DNA of 32,000 bases from Raphidiopsis brookii D9 (GTDB lineage Bacteria; Cyanobacteriota; Cyanobacteriia; Cyanobacteriales; Nostocaceae): positions 60,001 through 92,000 of the forward strand of contig ACYB01000022.1 of the NCBI GenBank assembly GCA_000175855.1, written 5' to 3'. Position 1 is the stretch's first letter. Every line of letters starts with the position of its first letter. A program made the translations under genes and the position numbers. This document shows positions 1 to 9,369 of the stretch, piece after piece. The notes beneath the pieces are model-generated. The model worked only from the letters and a program-made list of their open reading frames with translations. It was not told the origin of the DNA and did not search any database.

Positions 1-1236
1 TTACGAGTTTTAATCGGTACAGCTTTGTGGTGCGGATTAGAAAGTTGGTGGAGTACAGGTTCCCTATGGTGGAGTTCTTTATCTTACACACAGTCACCGT
101 ACAATTTAGCACTTTTGCATTTGGGGCAACTTTCCGGTCCTAATACTATTACAGCAGTAATTGTAGCTGTTAATGGACTAATAGGTGAAGCATGGATATG
201 GCAAAATCAGAAAAAACGAGAAGTAATCAGTACAGGCAAACAGTTAAAGGGAGTTACTAGGTTTAATAAAGTAGTAATAGGGGTGATTAATAGATATTCT
301 ATTTCAGGACTTGTTTTATTAATTGTCTCCCATATTTTAGGATCAATTCTATATTTCCAGCCATATTCTCAACCACTGAATAATCGGCAAAATTCGGGTT
401 TAAAAATAGGGATTATTCAGGGTAACATTCCCAATGAAATCAAATTGCTTCCCCTAGGATTTACCAGAGCAATTACAGGTTATACTAATGGTTATATCAA
501 CCTAGCAAATCAAGGAGTAGACGGAGTATTAACCCCTGAAGGTGCTTTACCATTATACGATAAGAATTTGTCTAATACACCTCTGTTGGATGCAGTTAAA
601 CAAAAAGGAGTGGTGGTTTGGATAGGGGGTTTTGGAAGAACTGGAACCAGCTACACCAACAGTTTATTTAATATCAATAGTCAGGGACAAATTACCAGTA
701 GATATGATAAATCTAAACTAGTTCCCTTGGGTGAATTTGTACCTTTTGCCGAGATTTTTGGCAATTTAGTCAAGAGACTATCACCTCTGGATGAACACCA
801 AATACATGGCGCTAAACAACAAGTTTTTGATACTCCATTAGGTAGAGCAATTGTTGGCATTTGTTACGAATCTGCTTTTACAGAAATATTTAGATACCAA
901 GCTAAGAATGGGGGAGAATTCATTTTAAGTTCATCCAATGATGCTCATTACACAGCAGCAATGGCGGATCAACACCATGCCCAAGATATAATGAGAGCAA
1001 TTGAAACAGATAGGTGGGCAGTTAGGTCTACCAACACAGGTTATTCAGCCTTTGTGGACCCCCATGGTAGAACCTTATGGAAGTCGGGATATAATGTTTA
1101 TGAAACTCATGCAGAAACTATTTATCCACTTCAAACCCAAACCTTGTATGTGCGATTCGGTGACTGGATTATGCCCTTACTACTAGTGTTAGCAGCACTG
1201 GGACTTATATATAAGTCCTTAGTTCAAATTTTATAA
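1..1236 (+). CDS. lnt: Apolipoprotein N-acyltransferase, C-terminal part (5' end outside window)
   Basis: Frame is open from base 1. Hydrophobic segments followed by a nitrilase-like domain with LTPEGALP, YDKSKLVPLGEFVP and VGICYESAF, matching the E/K/C catalytic motifs of Lnt. Confidence 0.88.
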   Translation, partial: LRVLIGTALWCGLESWWSTGSLWWSSLSYTQSPYNLALLHLGQLSGPNTITAVIVAVNGLIGEAWIWQNQKKREVISTGKQLKGVTRFNKVVIGVINRYSISGLVLLIVSHILGSILYFQPYSQPLNNRQNSGLKIGIIQGNIPNEIKLLPLGFTRAITGYTNGYINLANQGVDGVLTPEGALPLYDKNLSNTPLLDAVKQKGVVVWIGGFGRTGTSYTNSLFNINSQGQITSRYDKSKLVPLGEFVPFAEIFGNLVKRLSPLDEHQIHGAKQQVFDTPLGRAIVGICYESAFTEIFRYQAKNGGEFILSSSNDAHYTAAMADQHHAQDIMRAIETDRWAVRSTNTGYSAFVDPHGRTLWKSGYNVYETHAETIYPLQTQTLYVRFGDWIMPLLLVLAALGLIYKSLVQIL

Positions 1237-1261
1237 TAGTGTTGTAATTACGCTTTGCATA

Positions 1262-1999
1262 CTAACTACTTAAAGCCTTAATAAATCTTTGTAAGCTTTT
1301 AAACACACTGGTTCTTTTGCTTGTTACAATCCCGGTTTCCGGTTGTCCCTTGATTAAAATTGAGTCTATCTCATCTCCAGAAGGTTTTTGAGGTAGTTCG
1401 GCAATTTTTCGGTACTCACCATCGGTTTCTAACCATATTTCCCAGTTTCCGGGATAGGAACGCATGAGGGCGCTTTGTTCATCAATAGGACGTAGATAAT
1501 AGCAAGATTCAATGGTACTAATAAAACGCCTGCGGGTTTCCCGTGCAGCATAACCAATACCCACCACACTAGAGTCTTCCAACCGGGGATTTAACATCAC
1601 AAAAGGACGTTCACCAATGATTTGACAGAGTTTTTCCAATTGAGCTACTTCCACCGAGGTGGGAGCTATGAACAGGAAAATCTCATCCTCTGGTTGAATT
1701 TTTGATTCTGAAGAAGCAGCTCTTCCCGTACCGATATCCATAATTTTGAAGGGTATATCACCCCAATCTCGACGAGCTAAAGCAGCAGCACCCGCATCAG
1801 CAAAAAAGACCTTGAGACCAGATTCATATTCGGTAAATAGGGGGAGAAATTGTTCAGCGACTGGCATAAATTGCAGTTCTGGGAAAAGCAACTCTACCTG
1901 TATTCGCGTTTTACCATCAGACAAAGCCGATTTTGCCGCTGCACGGGATTGGGCAATTGCTTCTTCTAGGGTTTTGGGTAGTTCAGTCAAGGTAGCCAT
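1262..1999 (-). CDS. DUF1995 family protein
   Basis: 245-aa ORF MATLTELPKTLEEAIAQSRAAAKSALSDGKTRIQVELLFPEL..., typical cyanobacterial/plastid DUF1995 N-terminus; convergent with lnt. Confidence 0.8.
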   Translation of the reverse strand: MATLTELPKTLEEAIAQSRAAAKSALSDGKTRIQVELLFPELQFMPVAEQFLPLFTEYESGLKVFFADAGAAALARRDWGDIPFKIMDIGTGRAASSESKIQPEDEIFLFIAPTSVEVAQLEKLCQIIGERPFVMLNPRLEDSSVVGIGYAARETRRRFISTIESCYYLRPIDEQSALMRSYPGNWEIWLETDGEYRKIAELPQKPSGDEIDSILIKGQPETGIVTSKRTSVFKSLQRFIKALSS

Positions 2000-2108
2000 G
2001 ATCTTCTAGTATAACTCCAGGATGAAGATCCAGAAACATTTATTGTGCTGGTTGATTATTATAGATTATATACTAGTCTGGTGAGAAACAAATTTTCAAC
2101 CAGCGATT

Positions 2109-3227
2109 ATGACCAGTCTTTTTGATCCCCTCACCTTGGGTGAACTAAATATCCCTAATCGGATAATTATGGCTCCACTAACCAGGATGCGCAGTCACCA
2201 ACCAGGTAACATCCCCACCGCACTAAATGCCACTTACTATCAACAACGAGCCAGTGCGGGTCTGATAATCAGCGAAGCAACCCAGATCATCCCGGAGGGT
2301 CAAGGATACCCTGCTACTCCTGGAATCCACAGTCATGAACAAATTAATGGCTGGTCACTGGTAACAAAAGCTGTTCATGAAAGGGGGGGAAGAATCTTCC
2401 TCCAATTATGGCATGTGGGCAGAATTTCCCACTCTTCCTTTCAACCAGACGGTCAAGCTCCCTGGGCACCTTCCTCTATTACTCCCCAAGGCAATACTTT
2501 AACCAGTGCTGGCAAGCAAGTTCCTTTTGAAACACCTCGCTCTCTCAGTGGCACTCAAATTGCCCATCTTTTGGATCAATACGAGCTTGCTGCTGAGCAA
2601 GCTCAACGAGCAGGTTTTGATGGTGTGGAAATTCATGGTGCTAATGGTTACTTACTTGATCAGTTCCTCCAAGATGGCAGTAATCAACGTGTGGATATCT
2701 ATGGTGGGTCGGTAGAAAATAGAGCCAGATTACTTTTTGAGGTGATTGAAAGATGTGTCAAAATCTGGGGTAAAGGTAGGGTGGGAGTACGTCTATCTCC
2801 CTATGGCACTTTCAACGATATGAAGGACAGCGATCCTGTAAATCTTTTCCGCTATGTTGTTGAGGGGATTTGCAATGTGGGTCTTGCTTATATTCATTTA
2901 ATCGAACCACGTTCTACTAGTGCTGGTGGTAGTGATAAAACTGATGAAAGTGCGCTCAGCACCGCTGTTCTATTTGGTCCAATTATCCAAGCTGGTTCTC
3001 TAGGTACAAAGCTAATATCGGCGGGCGGTTATAATCGTGAAGAAGCTCTATTGGCAATTGCAGAGCATAAAACTGATGCGGTAGCATTTGGCAGGTTGTA
3101 TATTTCTAACCCTGATTTAGTTGAACGTTTGAGAGAAAACCACCCCCTAACTCCCTACGAGCGAGCAACTTTTTATGGAGGTGGAGAAAAAGGTTATACT
3201 GATTACTCAATATTTTCACTGGGGTAA
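2109..3227 (+). CDS. Alkene reductase / NADH:flavin oxidoreductase, old yellow enzyme family
   Basis: 372 aa with SLFDPLTLGELNIPNRIIMAPLTRMRS, QLWHVGRISH, GFDGVEIHGANGYLLDQFLQDGSNQRVDIYGGSVENRARL and AFGRLYISNPDLVERL. Confidence 0.93.
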   Translation: MTSLFDPLTLGELNIPNRIIMAPLTRMRSHQPGNIPTALNATYYQQRASAGLIISEATQIIPEGQGYPATPGIHSHEQINGWSLVTKAVHERGGRIFLQLWHVGRISHSSFQPDGQAPWAPSSITPQGNTLTSAGKQVPFETPRSLSGTQIAHLLDQYELAAEQAQRAGFDGVEIHGANGYLLDQFLQDGSNQRVDIYGGSVENRARLLFEVIERCVKIWGKGRVGVRLSPYGTFNDMKDSDPVNLFRYVVEGICNVGLAYIHLIEPRSTSAGGSDKTDESALSTAVLFGPIIQAGSLGTKLISAGGYNREEALLAIAEHKTDAVAFGRLYISNPDLVERLRENHPLTPYERATFYGGGEKGYTDYSIFSLG

Positions 3228-3317
3228 AGATATGTAAATGTTAAAAAAATAAAGACACTGTTGGTGTCAGTCTCAAGGTTATACAATCTGTAGATGGAAT
3301 TGATCTAATCACTCACC

Positions 3318-4166
3318 ATGAAAAAACTGTTCACTAGGAAAAATCGGCAACAAGTATTTTTGACGGGTTTAATTCTCTTTGCTGTGTTAGTTTTTGGATG
3401 GCGACCAGAGGTATTGGCTCAAACAGCAACGCCCACAAATGTTTATGAATATCTCCTGCAATACCAACCAGAAACTTATGATCTCTTGAAAAAACAATTA
3501 GATAGTGCGATTGAAGACGCAAAACAACCCCTCGCGGAGGAGGTGGTTAGTGATCTGTGGGCCCTATCCCCCAATAATCCTCAAATTAAATGGAGGGAGA
3601 ATAATGGTAAAATCGAGTATCTCATGTCTAGTTGGAGATATGTAGCTAATCCTGCTGTGGATTGGCCAGTAGGGGCTAAAAAACAACTGACCTATCAAAC
3701 CTGGGTTACAGCAGTACCTCAGGTAAAGGAGTTTTGTCAGAAATATCAACCCACCGAACCACCTATTCCAGACAACATTGAGCTTTCTCTCAGACTACAA
3801 CAGTATTTGGGACTGGTTTTAAATAAGTATTCCAGTAAAACTCATTTTGTGGAAATGTGGGTGAAAGCAGAAGATTTAATTCGACCATGTATTGATCAGG
3901 AAATTAACGATACCAGTTGTCATCTTTTACCCCTACCAGTACCTGATAATAGTCCTGTAATCAAGGCCATCTATACCAATTCCTACAGCAATGCTAAAAA
4001 GGAATATTATCCTTGGTCCGGTCTGGGTTATACATACGATTGGGGTAATCCTCAAAAACCACATGTAGGTCCTAGCGAGTTTATTATTAACCCAACAGTG
4101 GAAAAACCTGTCGAGGTGGAAGTGGTTTCCGTCACTTCTACTCAGGAATACTGCCATATTAAATAA
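3318..4166 (+). CDS. Secreted/periplasmic protein of unknown function
   Basis: 282-aa ORF with a signal-peptide-like N-terminus (MKKLFTRKNRQQVFLTGLILFAVLVFGWRPEVLAQ); no family recognised. Confidence 0.7.
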   Translation: MKKLFTRKNRQQVFLTGLILFAVLVFGWRPEVLAQTATPTNVYEYLLQYQPETYDLLKKQLDSAIEDAKQPLAEEVVSDLWALSPNNPQIKWRENNGKIEYLMSSWRYVANPAVDWPVGAKKQLTYQTWVTAVPQVKEFCQKYQPTEPPIPDNIELSLRLQQYLGLVLNKYSSKTHFVEMWVKAEDLIRPCIDQEINDTSCHLLPLPVPDNSPVIKAIYTNSYSNAKKEYYPWSGLGYTYDWGNPQKPHVGPSEFIINPTVEKPVEVEVVSVTSTQEYCHIK

Positions 4167-4173
4167 TCGAACT

Positions 4174-4193
4174 TCCCCCAATAAATCGGGGGA
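4174..4193 (+). terminator. Putative rho-independent terminator
   Basis: TCCCCC-AATAAATC-GGGGGA hairpin followed by TTTC, 8 bp after the 3318..4166 stop codon. Confidence 0.5.
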
Positions 4194-4297
4194 TTTCTGG
4201 TGACCCTAACCCCACTTTTACTCATCAATCCTTTCTATAGCGTTCTGGCTAAAGCTATAATATTAAGAATAATTTACATTTCTTAACTGTTGGAAAT

Positions 4298-5809
4298 ATG
4301 GCGCGAGATTTACGGGGATTTATAAAAATTCTGGAAGAAAGAGGACAATTAAAGCGGATTTCCGCATTAGTCAACCCAGATATGGAGATCGCAGAAATTG
4401 CTAATCGCATGCTGCAAAAAGGAGGACCAGGTCTATTATTTGAAAATGTCAAGGGCGCTTCTTTCCCCGTAGCAGTAAATTTGATGGGCACTGTGGAGCG
4501 AATTTGCTGGGCTATGAATATGCAACACCCAGAGGAATTGGAAAGTTTGGGGAAAAAGTTAAGCATGCTTCAACAACCTAAACCCCCTAAAAATCTTTCC
4601 CAAGCTATAGATTTTGGTAAGGTGCTGTTTGATGTTCTTAAGGCCAAACCAGGAAGAGATTTTTTCCCCCCTTGTCAACAGGTGGTTGTGGAAGGTGGAG
4701 ATTTAAATTTAAATAAGTTACCTTTGATACGTCCTTATCCCGGAGATGCTGGTAAGATTATTACTTTAGGATTGGTAATTACTAAGGATTGTGTCACGGG
4801 TACTCCTAATGTAGGTGTGTATCGTTTACAGCTACAGTCTGCCCAAACCATGACCGTACACTGGTTATCAGTTCGGGGCGGAGCTAGACACTTACGTAAA
4901 GCTGCTGAACGAGGTAAAAAGCTGGAGGTAGCTATTGCCCTAGGTGTGGATCCCCTAATAATTATGGCAGCAGCTACTCCTATTCCTGTGGATTTATCGG
5001 AGTGGTTGTTTGCAGGGTTATACGGGGGTTCTGGAGTGCCATTGGCCAAGTGTAAGACAGTGGATCTGGAAGTGCCTGCGGACTCTGAGTTTGTGTTAGA
5101 GGGCACTATCACTCCCGGGGAGGTGTTACCTGATGGACCCTTTGGTGATCACATGGGGTATTATGGTGGTGTGGAGGACTCCCCCTTGATTAGGTTCGGG
5201 TGTATGACACATCGTCGGGAAGCAATTTACTTGACCACTTTTAGCGGTCGTCCGCCCAAAGAGGAGGCCATGATGGCGATCGCCCTGAATCGCATTTACA
5301 CGCCCATTTTAAGGCAACAGGTGACGGAAATAGTTGATTTCTTTCTCCCTATGGAGGCCTTGAGTTATAAGGCGGCGATTATTTCTATAGACAAAGCTTA
5401 CCCGGGACAAGCCAGAAGAGCAGCTTTAGCATTTTGGAGTGCCTTACCCCAATTCACATACACGAAGTTTGTAATTGTTGTAGACAAGAATATCAATATT
5501 CGGGATCCACGTCAAGTGGTTTGGGCAATTAGTTCTAAAGTTGATCCATCTAGGGACGTATTTATATTGCCCAACACACCCTTTGATACTCTGGACTTTG
5601 CCAGTGAGAAACTAGGACTAGGGGGTAGAATGGGGATAGACGCGACGACCAAAATTCCTCCAGAAACTGAACACGAATGGGGAGAAGCTTTAGAATCTGA
5701 TCCTAACATTGCTGCTTTGGTAGATAGACGCTGGACAGAATACGGGTTAGCCAACTTAAATTTAGGAGAAGTCAACCCCAATCTATTTGGGTATGACATC
5801 TCTAAATAG
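4298..5809 (+). CDS. ubiD: UbiD family decarboxylase
   Basis: 503 aa starting MARDLRGFIKILEERGQLKRI, with GPLLFENVKG, EVTPGEVLPDGPFGDHMGYYG and KFVIVVDKNINIRDPRQVVWAISSKVDPSRD. Confidence 0.93.
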   Translation: MARDLRGFIKILEERGQLKRISALVNPDMEIAEIANRMLQKGGPGLLFENVKGASFPVAVNLMGTVERICWAMNMQHPEELESLGKKLSMLQQPKPPKNLSQAIDFGKVLFDVLKAKPGRDFFPPCQQVVVEGGDLNLNKLPLIRPYPGDAGKIITLGLVITKDCVTGTPNVGVYRLQLQSAQTMTVHWLSVRGGARHLRKAAERGKKLEVAIALGVDPLIIMAAATPIPVDLSEWLFAGLYGGSGVPLAKCKTVDLEVPADSEFVLEGTITPGEVLPDGPFGDHMGYYGGVEDSPLIRFGCMTHRREAIYLTTFSGRPPKEEAMMAIALNRIYTPILRQQVTEIVDFFLPMEALSYKAAIISIDKAYPGQARRAALAFWSALPQFTYTKFVIVVDKNINIRDPRQVVWAISSKVDPSRDVFILPNTPFDTLDFASEKLGLGGRMGIDATTKIPPETEHEWGEALESDPNIAALVDRRWTEYGLANLNLGEVNPNLFGYDISK

Positions 5810-5832
5810 CTGTTGGATCAAGAGGTCTTTTG

Positions 5833-6849
5833 TTATGGCAAGCTCCAAATATCTCTAGGAAGTAGGTTGGCATTCCAGGTGTAAAACCCAACTTTATTGG
5901 GAACCCTAGAAAATCTACCCGTGCGATGACCTCTGGATAATTCGTTGAGAGTCTTATTTTTGATCCGGGCAATTTGCTGATCGTCAAGGTTACCATAAAT
6001 TCCCTGGATCACTTCATTTACTGTAAAGATCTGACCTCGATGTTGTTCTAAGAACAAACTGATAGCATCAACAACAAACTGACCCTCAAACTGTTTCAGC
6101 AGTGGTATGATGGTGCTGGGTGATGCGATTGTGGTAACAGACTTTTTCTTTTTGGTATGACTTGCTGAAGATGAACTAGGACGGCTATACTCCAATAGAT
6201 TTAGTGCCAAAGTGTAACAACCAGGTTCATTAGGAACCCCATACCAATCACCCTTTTCCCTACCTTGGGTTAAAGAAGATTGCAGTCTACCTTTAACAAT
6301 TCTCAAGACTGCAGGTTCCAAATTGCCATAGAGCGATCGCAAAATGAAATCTATATGACAAGCAGTTCCAGCATGCTCATCGAAAAAAAGTCTTAAAGCT
6401 TCCATTCTATTTAGAGATTTGTACTGAGCGATCATAGGAACTTCCTCCCCCCTTCCTAAAGAACTTGTGGGGTTCCTCTGAAGGGGGATAACCGTTGGGT
6501 TTATTGCATCTGTATTTAGCTCAGGTGTTTCCGGAGATACTTCCTTTTGCGCCAGGTCTAAGTTCTTATGTTCTAGACTCTTAGATGTGAAGGACTCTAA
6601 AGTGGATTGGTGATTCGATGCTAAAAATAGCTGAGAACTGACTTGGTCGTTTCCTAACTCCGAAATAGGTTCATGATCTTCAGAATAGGACCATGAAGAT
6701 AATAAAGCTTCCACATGATCCAATTGCGATCGCGCTTCAATAAACAATTGCTGGTACTTCTGTACCAAACTGGCATAGTAGTTTCGTAATTCCAGTAATG
6801 GAATAATAAATGCTTCTGAGGGAGGTTTTAATTGTTCTGGAGAGGTCAT
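5833..6849 (-). CDS. Protein with two internally duplicated winged-helix-like domains, unknown function
   Basis: 338 aa, ATG read from reverse complement at 6849. Two similar segments end ...GDWYGVPNEPGCYTLALNLL and ...GRFSRVPNKVGFYTWNANLL. Confidence 0.75.
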   Translation of the reverse strand: MTSPEQLKPPSEAFIIPLLELRNYYASLVQKYQQLFIEARSQLDHVEALLSSWSYSEDHEPISELGNDQVSSQLFLASNHQSTLESFTSKSLEHKNLDLAQKEVSPETPELNTDAINPTVIPLQRNPTSSLGRGEEVPMIAQYKSLNRMEALRLFFDEHAGTACHIDFILRSLYGNLEPAVLRIVKGRLQSSLTQGREKGDWYGVPNEPGCYTLALNLLEYSRPSSSSASHTKKKKSVTTIASPSTIIPLLKQFEGQFVVDAISLFLEQHRGQIFTVNEVIQGIYGNLDDQQIARIKNKTLNELSRGHRTGRFSRVPNKVGFYTWNANLLPRDIWSLP

Positions 6850-6859
6850 ATTACCGCAA

Positions 6860-7105
6860 TCATTCTAGGGTGACATCGCTTTCATAATTCATAACACGGG
6901 GTTTTGCCTTTTTGGAATTACCAAGGGATTTTTTTGGTGGTTGTGGAGGACGACAAGTTTCACAGTAGAGAGGTCTTGGTCCAAAAGTTTCCCGTTTTGT
7001 TGTCTGATTACACTCCTTACAGACAAAGTTAAAAATTCGGGTATGAACCTGTCTTTGATGGGCTCTGACAGTATATTCTCTCACTTGGATAATTTTGGTA
7101 GCCAT
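6860..7105 (-). CDS. Small zinc-ribbon protein, unknown function
   Basis: 81 aa with CKEC...CETC four-cysteine pattern; stop codon lies 10 bp upstream of the 338-aa gene on the same strand. Confidence 0.7.
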   Translation of the reverse strand: MATKIIQVREYTVRAHQRQVHTRIFNFVCKECNQTTKRETFGPRPLYCETCRPPQPPKKSLGNSKKAKPRVMNYESDVTLE

Positions 7106-7622
7106 AAATAAGAAACGTTCAATTGTTCAGTACTCCTAATATAGCTATTCAAGCAAACAAAGTTATTTCAGTGTTTGTTTTTCCACAAGTTTTTTTGAAA
7201 TCCTTAAAATATAGCTTTATCCAGGGGGATTAGGACAGGTTTGATGGTTGCTGGGTAAGGGTTCTAGCTCGCCTCCACCCGATTACAAGTGCCTAGGGCT
7301 GTAAAATTGATTAGACTGTATAAATAAACTCTCCAAAATATCAGATATTTAACTAATGTCAATCCACCCTATTTTGATATTTCTCTTTTAATATATAAGC
7401 TACTTGAGCAAAAACAGTAAATCTTTGTCAATCTCGAACCTCAGGTTTTTCACTTATCGTTGTATGTAATCTGATTACCTATATTACAAGTACAAAACTT
7501 TGCATAAAGTTAATAGTTATTAGGTTATTAACTAGAGTCATCAATATCCATCATATACCCACTGCGATCACTATTATCAGACCCCATGTCCAAGTTTTTA
7601 AAAATCATTGGGACACCAGTCC

Positions 7623-7660
7623 ATCAGAAGTCAGACAGTGATTAACCACTGACTTCTGAT
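7623..7660. repeat. 12-bp perfect inverted repeat (hairpin), possibly a terminator for hsp20
   Basis: ATCAGAAGTCAG (7623-7634) and CTGACTTCTGAT (7649-7660), about 18 bp past the hsp20 stop; no adjacent U-run. Confidence 0.5.
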
Positions 7661-7677
7661 AGTTAATTGTTCAATAA

Positions 7678-8172
7678 CTAACCAAGATTAACCTTGACAG
7701 CTTTTTGTTTTTCCGCTTCTGTTTTAGGCAAGTTCAATCGGAGGATACCATCCTTATATTCGGCCTTAACTTCCTGATTTTTCACTGTTGAAGGCAATGG
7801 AATGACTCGCTGAAACTTACCGTAACGAAACTCAGAACGAGTATAACCCTCCCTTTCGGTAGTAGTTTCTGATTTTCTTTCTCCAGTAATAGAAACCGCT
7901 TCGGGTGTTACTTCCACAGTTACATCCTTAGCTGTCAATCCGGGTAATTCCACTCTGAGTTTAAAAGCCTCCTCCGTTTCTTCTAGTTCAGCTGAGGGGA
8001 TAAAAGTTAACCCAGCTCTTTCACCTCCATCAGTGGGTAACATTCTTTCAAATAAACGACCCATTCGTCGTTGTAGGGTCTCAATTTCCCGGAAGGGATC
8101 CCAGCGTTCCAGATCACGGAAGGGTTCTAAACGTTCAATATCACGGATGGGATCCCAACGAACTAATGCCAT
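7678..8172 (-). CDS. Hsp20/alpha-crystallin family small heat shock protein
   Basis: Alpha-crystallin domain (TEEAFKLRVELPGLTAKDVTVEVTPEAVSITGERKSET...GILRLNLPKTE). Start taken as MALVRWDP, preceded on the minus strand by AGGAG. Confidence 0.92.
   Translation of the reverse strand: MALVRWDPIRDIERLEPFRDLERWDPFREIETLQRRMGRLFERMLPTDGGERAGLTFIPSAELEETEEAFKLRVELPGLTAKDVTVEVTPEAVSITGERKSETTTEREGYTRSEFRYGKFQRVIPLPSTVKNQEVKAEYKDGILRLNLPKTEAEKQKAVKVNLG
8090..8170. repeat. 27-bp degenerate tandem repeat, 3 units, inside the 5' part of hsp20
   Basis: Units cggaagggatcccagcgttccagatca / cggaagggttctaaacgttcaatatca / cggatgggatcccaacgaactaatgcc (8090-8116, 8117-8143, 8144-8170). Confidence 0.75.
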
Positions 8173-8451
8173 AACCATCTCCTATACAATGTCGATTTGG
8201 ATTGTGGATGCTGAAACTCAAGCTTCACGTTCAACAATTAACAAATGGCAAAACCGGCATATTTCTGGATATTCTTGGTATCCCTAACTTTGTGAAACTA
8301 GGTCTTTTTGCTTCCTACTCTAACAGTAACACAAAATAATAAATTGGAGAGGTTCGGTTTTGTAGTTATCCAGTCGAAATAGCCGTACCTGATTGATGAT
8401 TCTTCCATGATACTAGACTGCTCATTTTATCATCAATTTAATGACCAAAAT

Positions 8452-9219
8452 CTATCCTATGTGAGTTGTTAAATTTTGAGATATATATTCTAGAAGTAGC
8501 TCTTGATGGGAGCGAATAAAAAAGTGATTACCTGGCAAAGTATAACAAGAGAACTCCCCATTAGTATGTTCCTTCCAACCGACTAAATCGTCATGATTTA
8601 CCGTGGTATCCTCTGAACCACCAAACACAGTAATAGGAAAATCAAAAGGTGGTTCAACTTTATAGATATAAGTGTCTAAAACTTCAAAATCAGCTCGGAG
8701 AATAGGCAAAAATAATTCCCTCATTTCTGGGTTCTTGAATACTTCATCAGGGGTGCCATTATACTTAGCAATTTTCTCCAAAAACTCCCCATCAGGTAGA
8801 TGATAAATCCGCTCGTCCCTACTGTGATTTTGGGGGGCATTGCGAGCTGATATAAATAGATGTAATGGAGTTTTATATTCCAGACCATATTCTGAGCGCA
8901 ATAACCGAGCCAATTCAAAACCAACTAATCCTCCCATACTATGACCAAAAATAGCAAAAGGCCTATCCAACAATGGCAAAATATGCTCAGCTATTGCTCG
9001 GACCAAAAGTTCCATTTTTCTAAAGGGAGGATATTTTACTCTTCCTCTTCCAGGTAATTCTACACTACGTATTTCCACAGTAGAAGGTAAATTTTTAGAC
9101 CATTGATAAAATACACTCGCACGGGCACCAGCATAGGGCAAACAAAATAAACGTAACTGTGGCTCTGAATGGGGCTGAGAGCTATCTGTTTTAGAATTAA
9201 ACTTGATTAAATAAACCAT
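8452..9219 (-). CDS. Type II thioesterase (SrfAD/GrsT-like alpha/beta hydrolase)
   Basis: LRLFCLPYAGARASVFYQWSKNLPSTVEIRSVELPGRG, FGHSMGGLVGFELARLL, LPGNHFFI. Confidence 0.88.
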   Translation of the reverse strand: MVYLIKFNSKTDSSQPHSEPQLRLFCLPYAGARASVFYQWSKNLPSTVEIRSVELPGRGRVKYPPFRKMELLVRAIAEHILPLLDRPFAIFGHSMGGLVGFELARLLRSEYGLEYKTPLHLFISARNAPQNHSRDERIYHLPDGEFLEKIAKYNGTPDEVFKNPEMRELFLPILRADFEVLDTYIYKVEPPFDFPITVFGGSEDTTVNHDDLVGWKEHTNGEFSCYTLPGNHFFIRSHQELLLEYISQNLTTHIG

Positions 9220-9369
9220 AACATAAAATAGTCAGAGGGGTTAGGTGAGAAACTGGGTGAAAGTTCAAGATTTGTTGCAACTCTTAATGTTTGTTTGCCC
9301 TTTTAGGGACTAGATTTTGATAGAGTAGATGTTATACAAATGTCATTATTATCCTTAATTGAAAATTAA

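Noticed and set aside
3254-3268. GACAC/GTGTC hairpin after the old yellow enzyme gene as a terminator
   Set aside because: Only a 5-bp stem with no following U-run; too weak to call.
7240-7300. Possible tRNA-like ggttctagctc T-loop motif
   Set aside because: The flanking bases do not form a T-stem, and no acceptor, D or anticodon arms could be built.
8033-8287. 84-aa plus-strand ORF (MGNILSNKRPIRRCRVSISRKGSQRSRSRKGS...)
   Set aside because: Antisense to hsp20; its Ser/Arg repeats are a by-product of the 27-bp repeat in hsp20.
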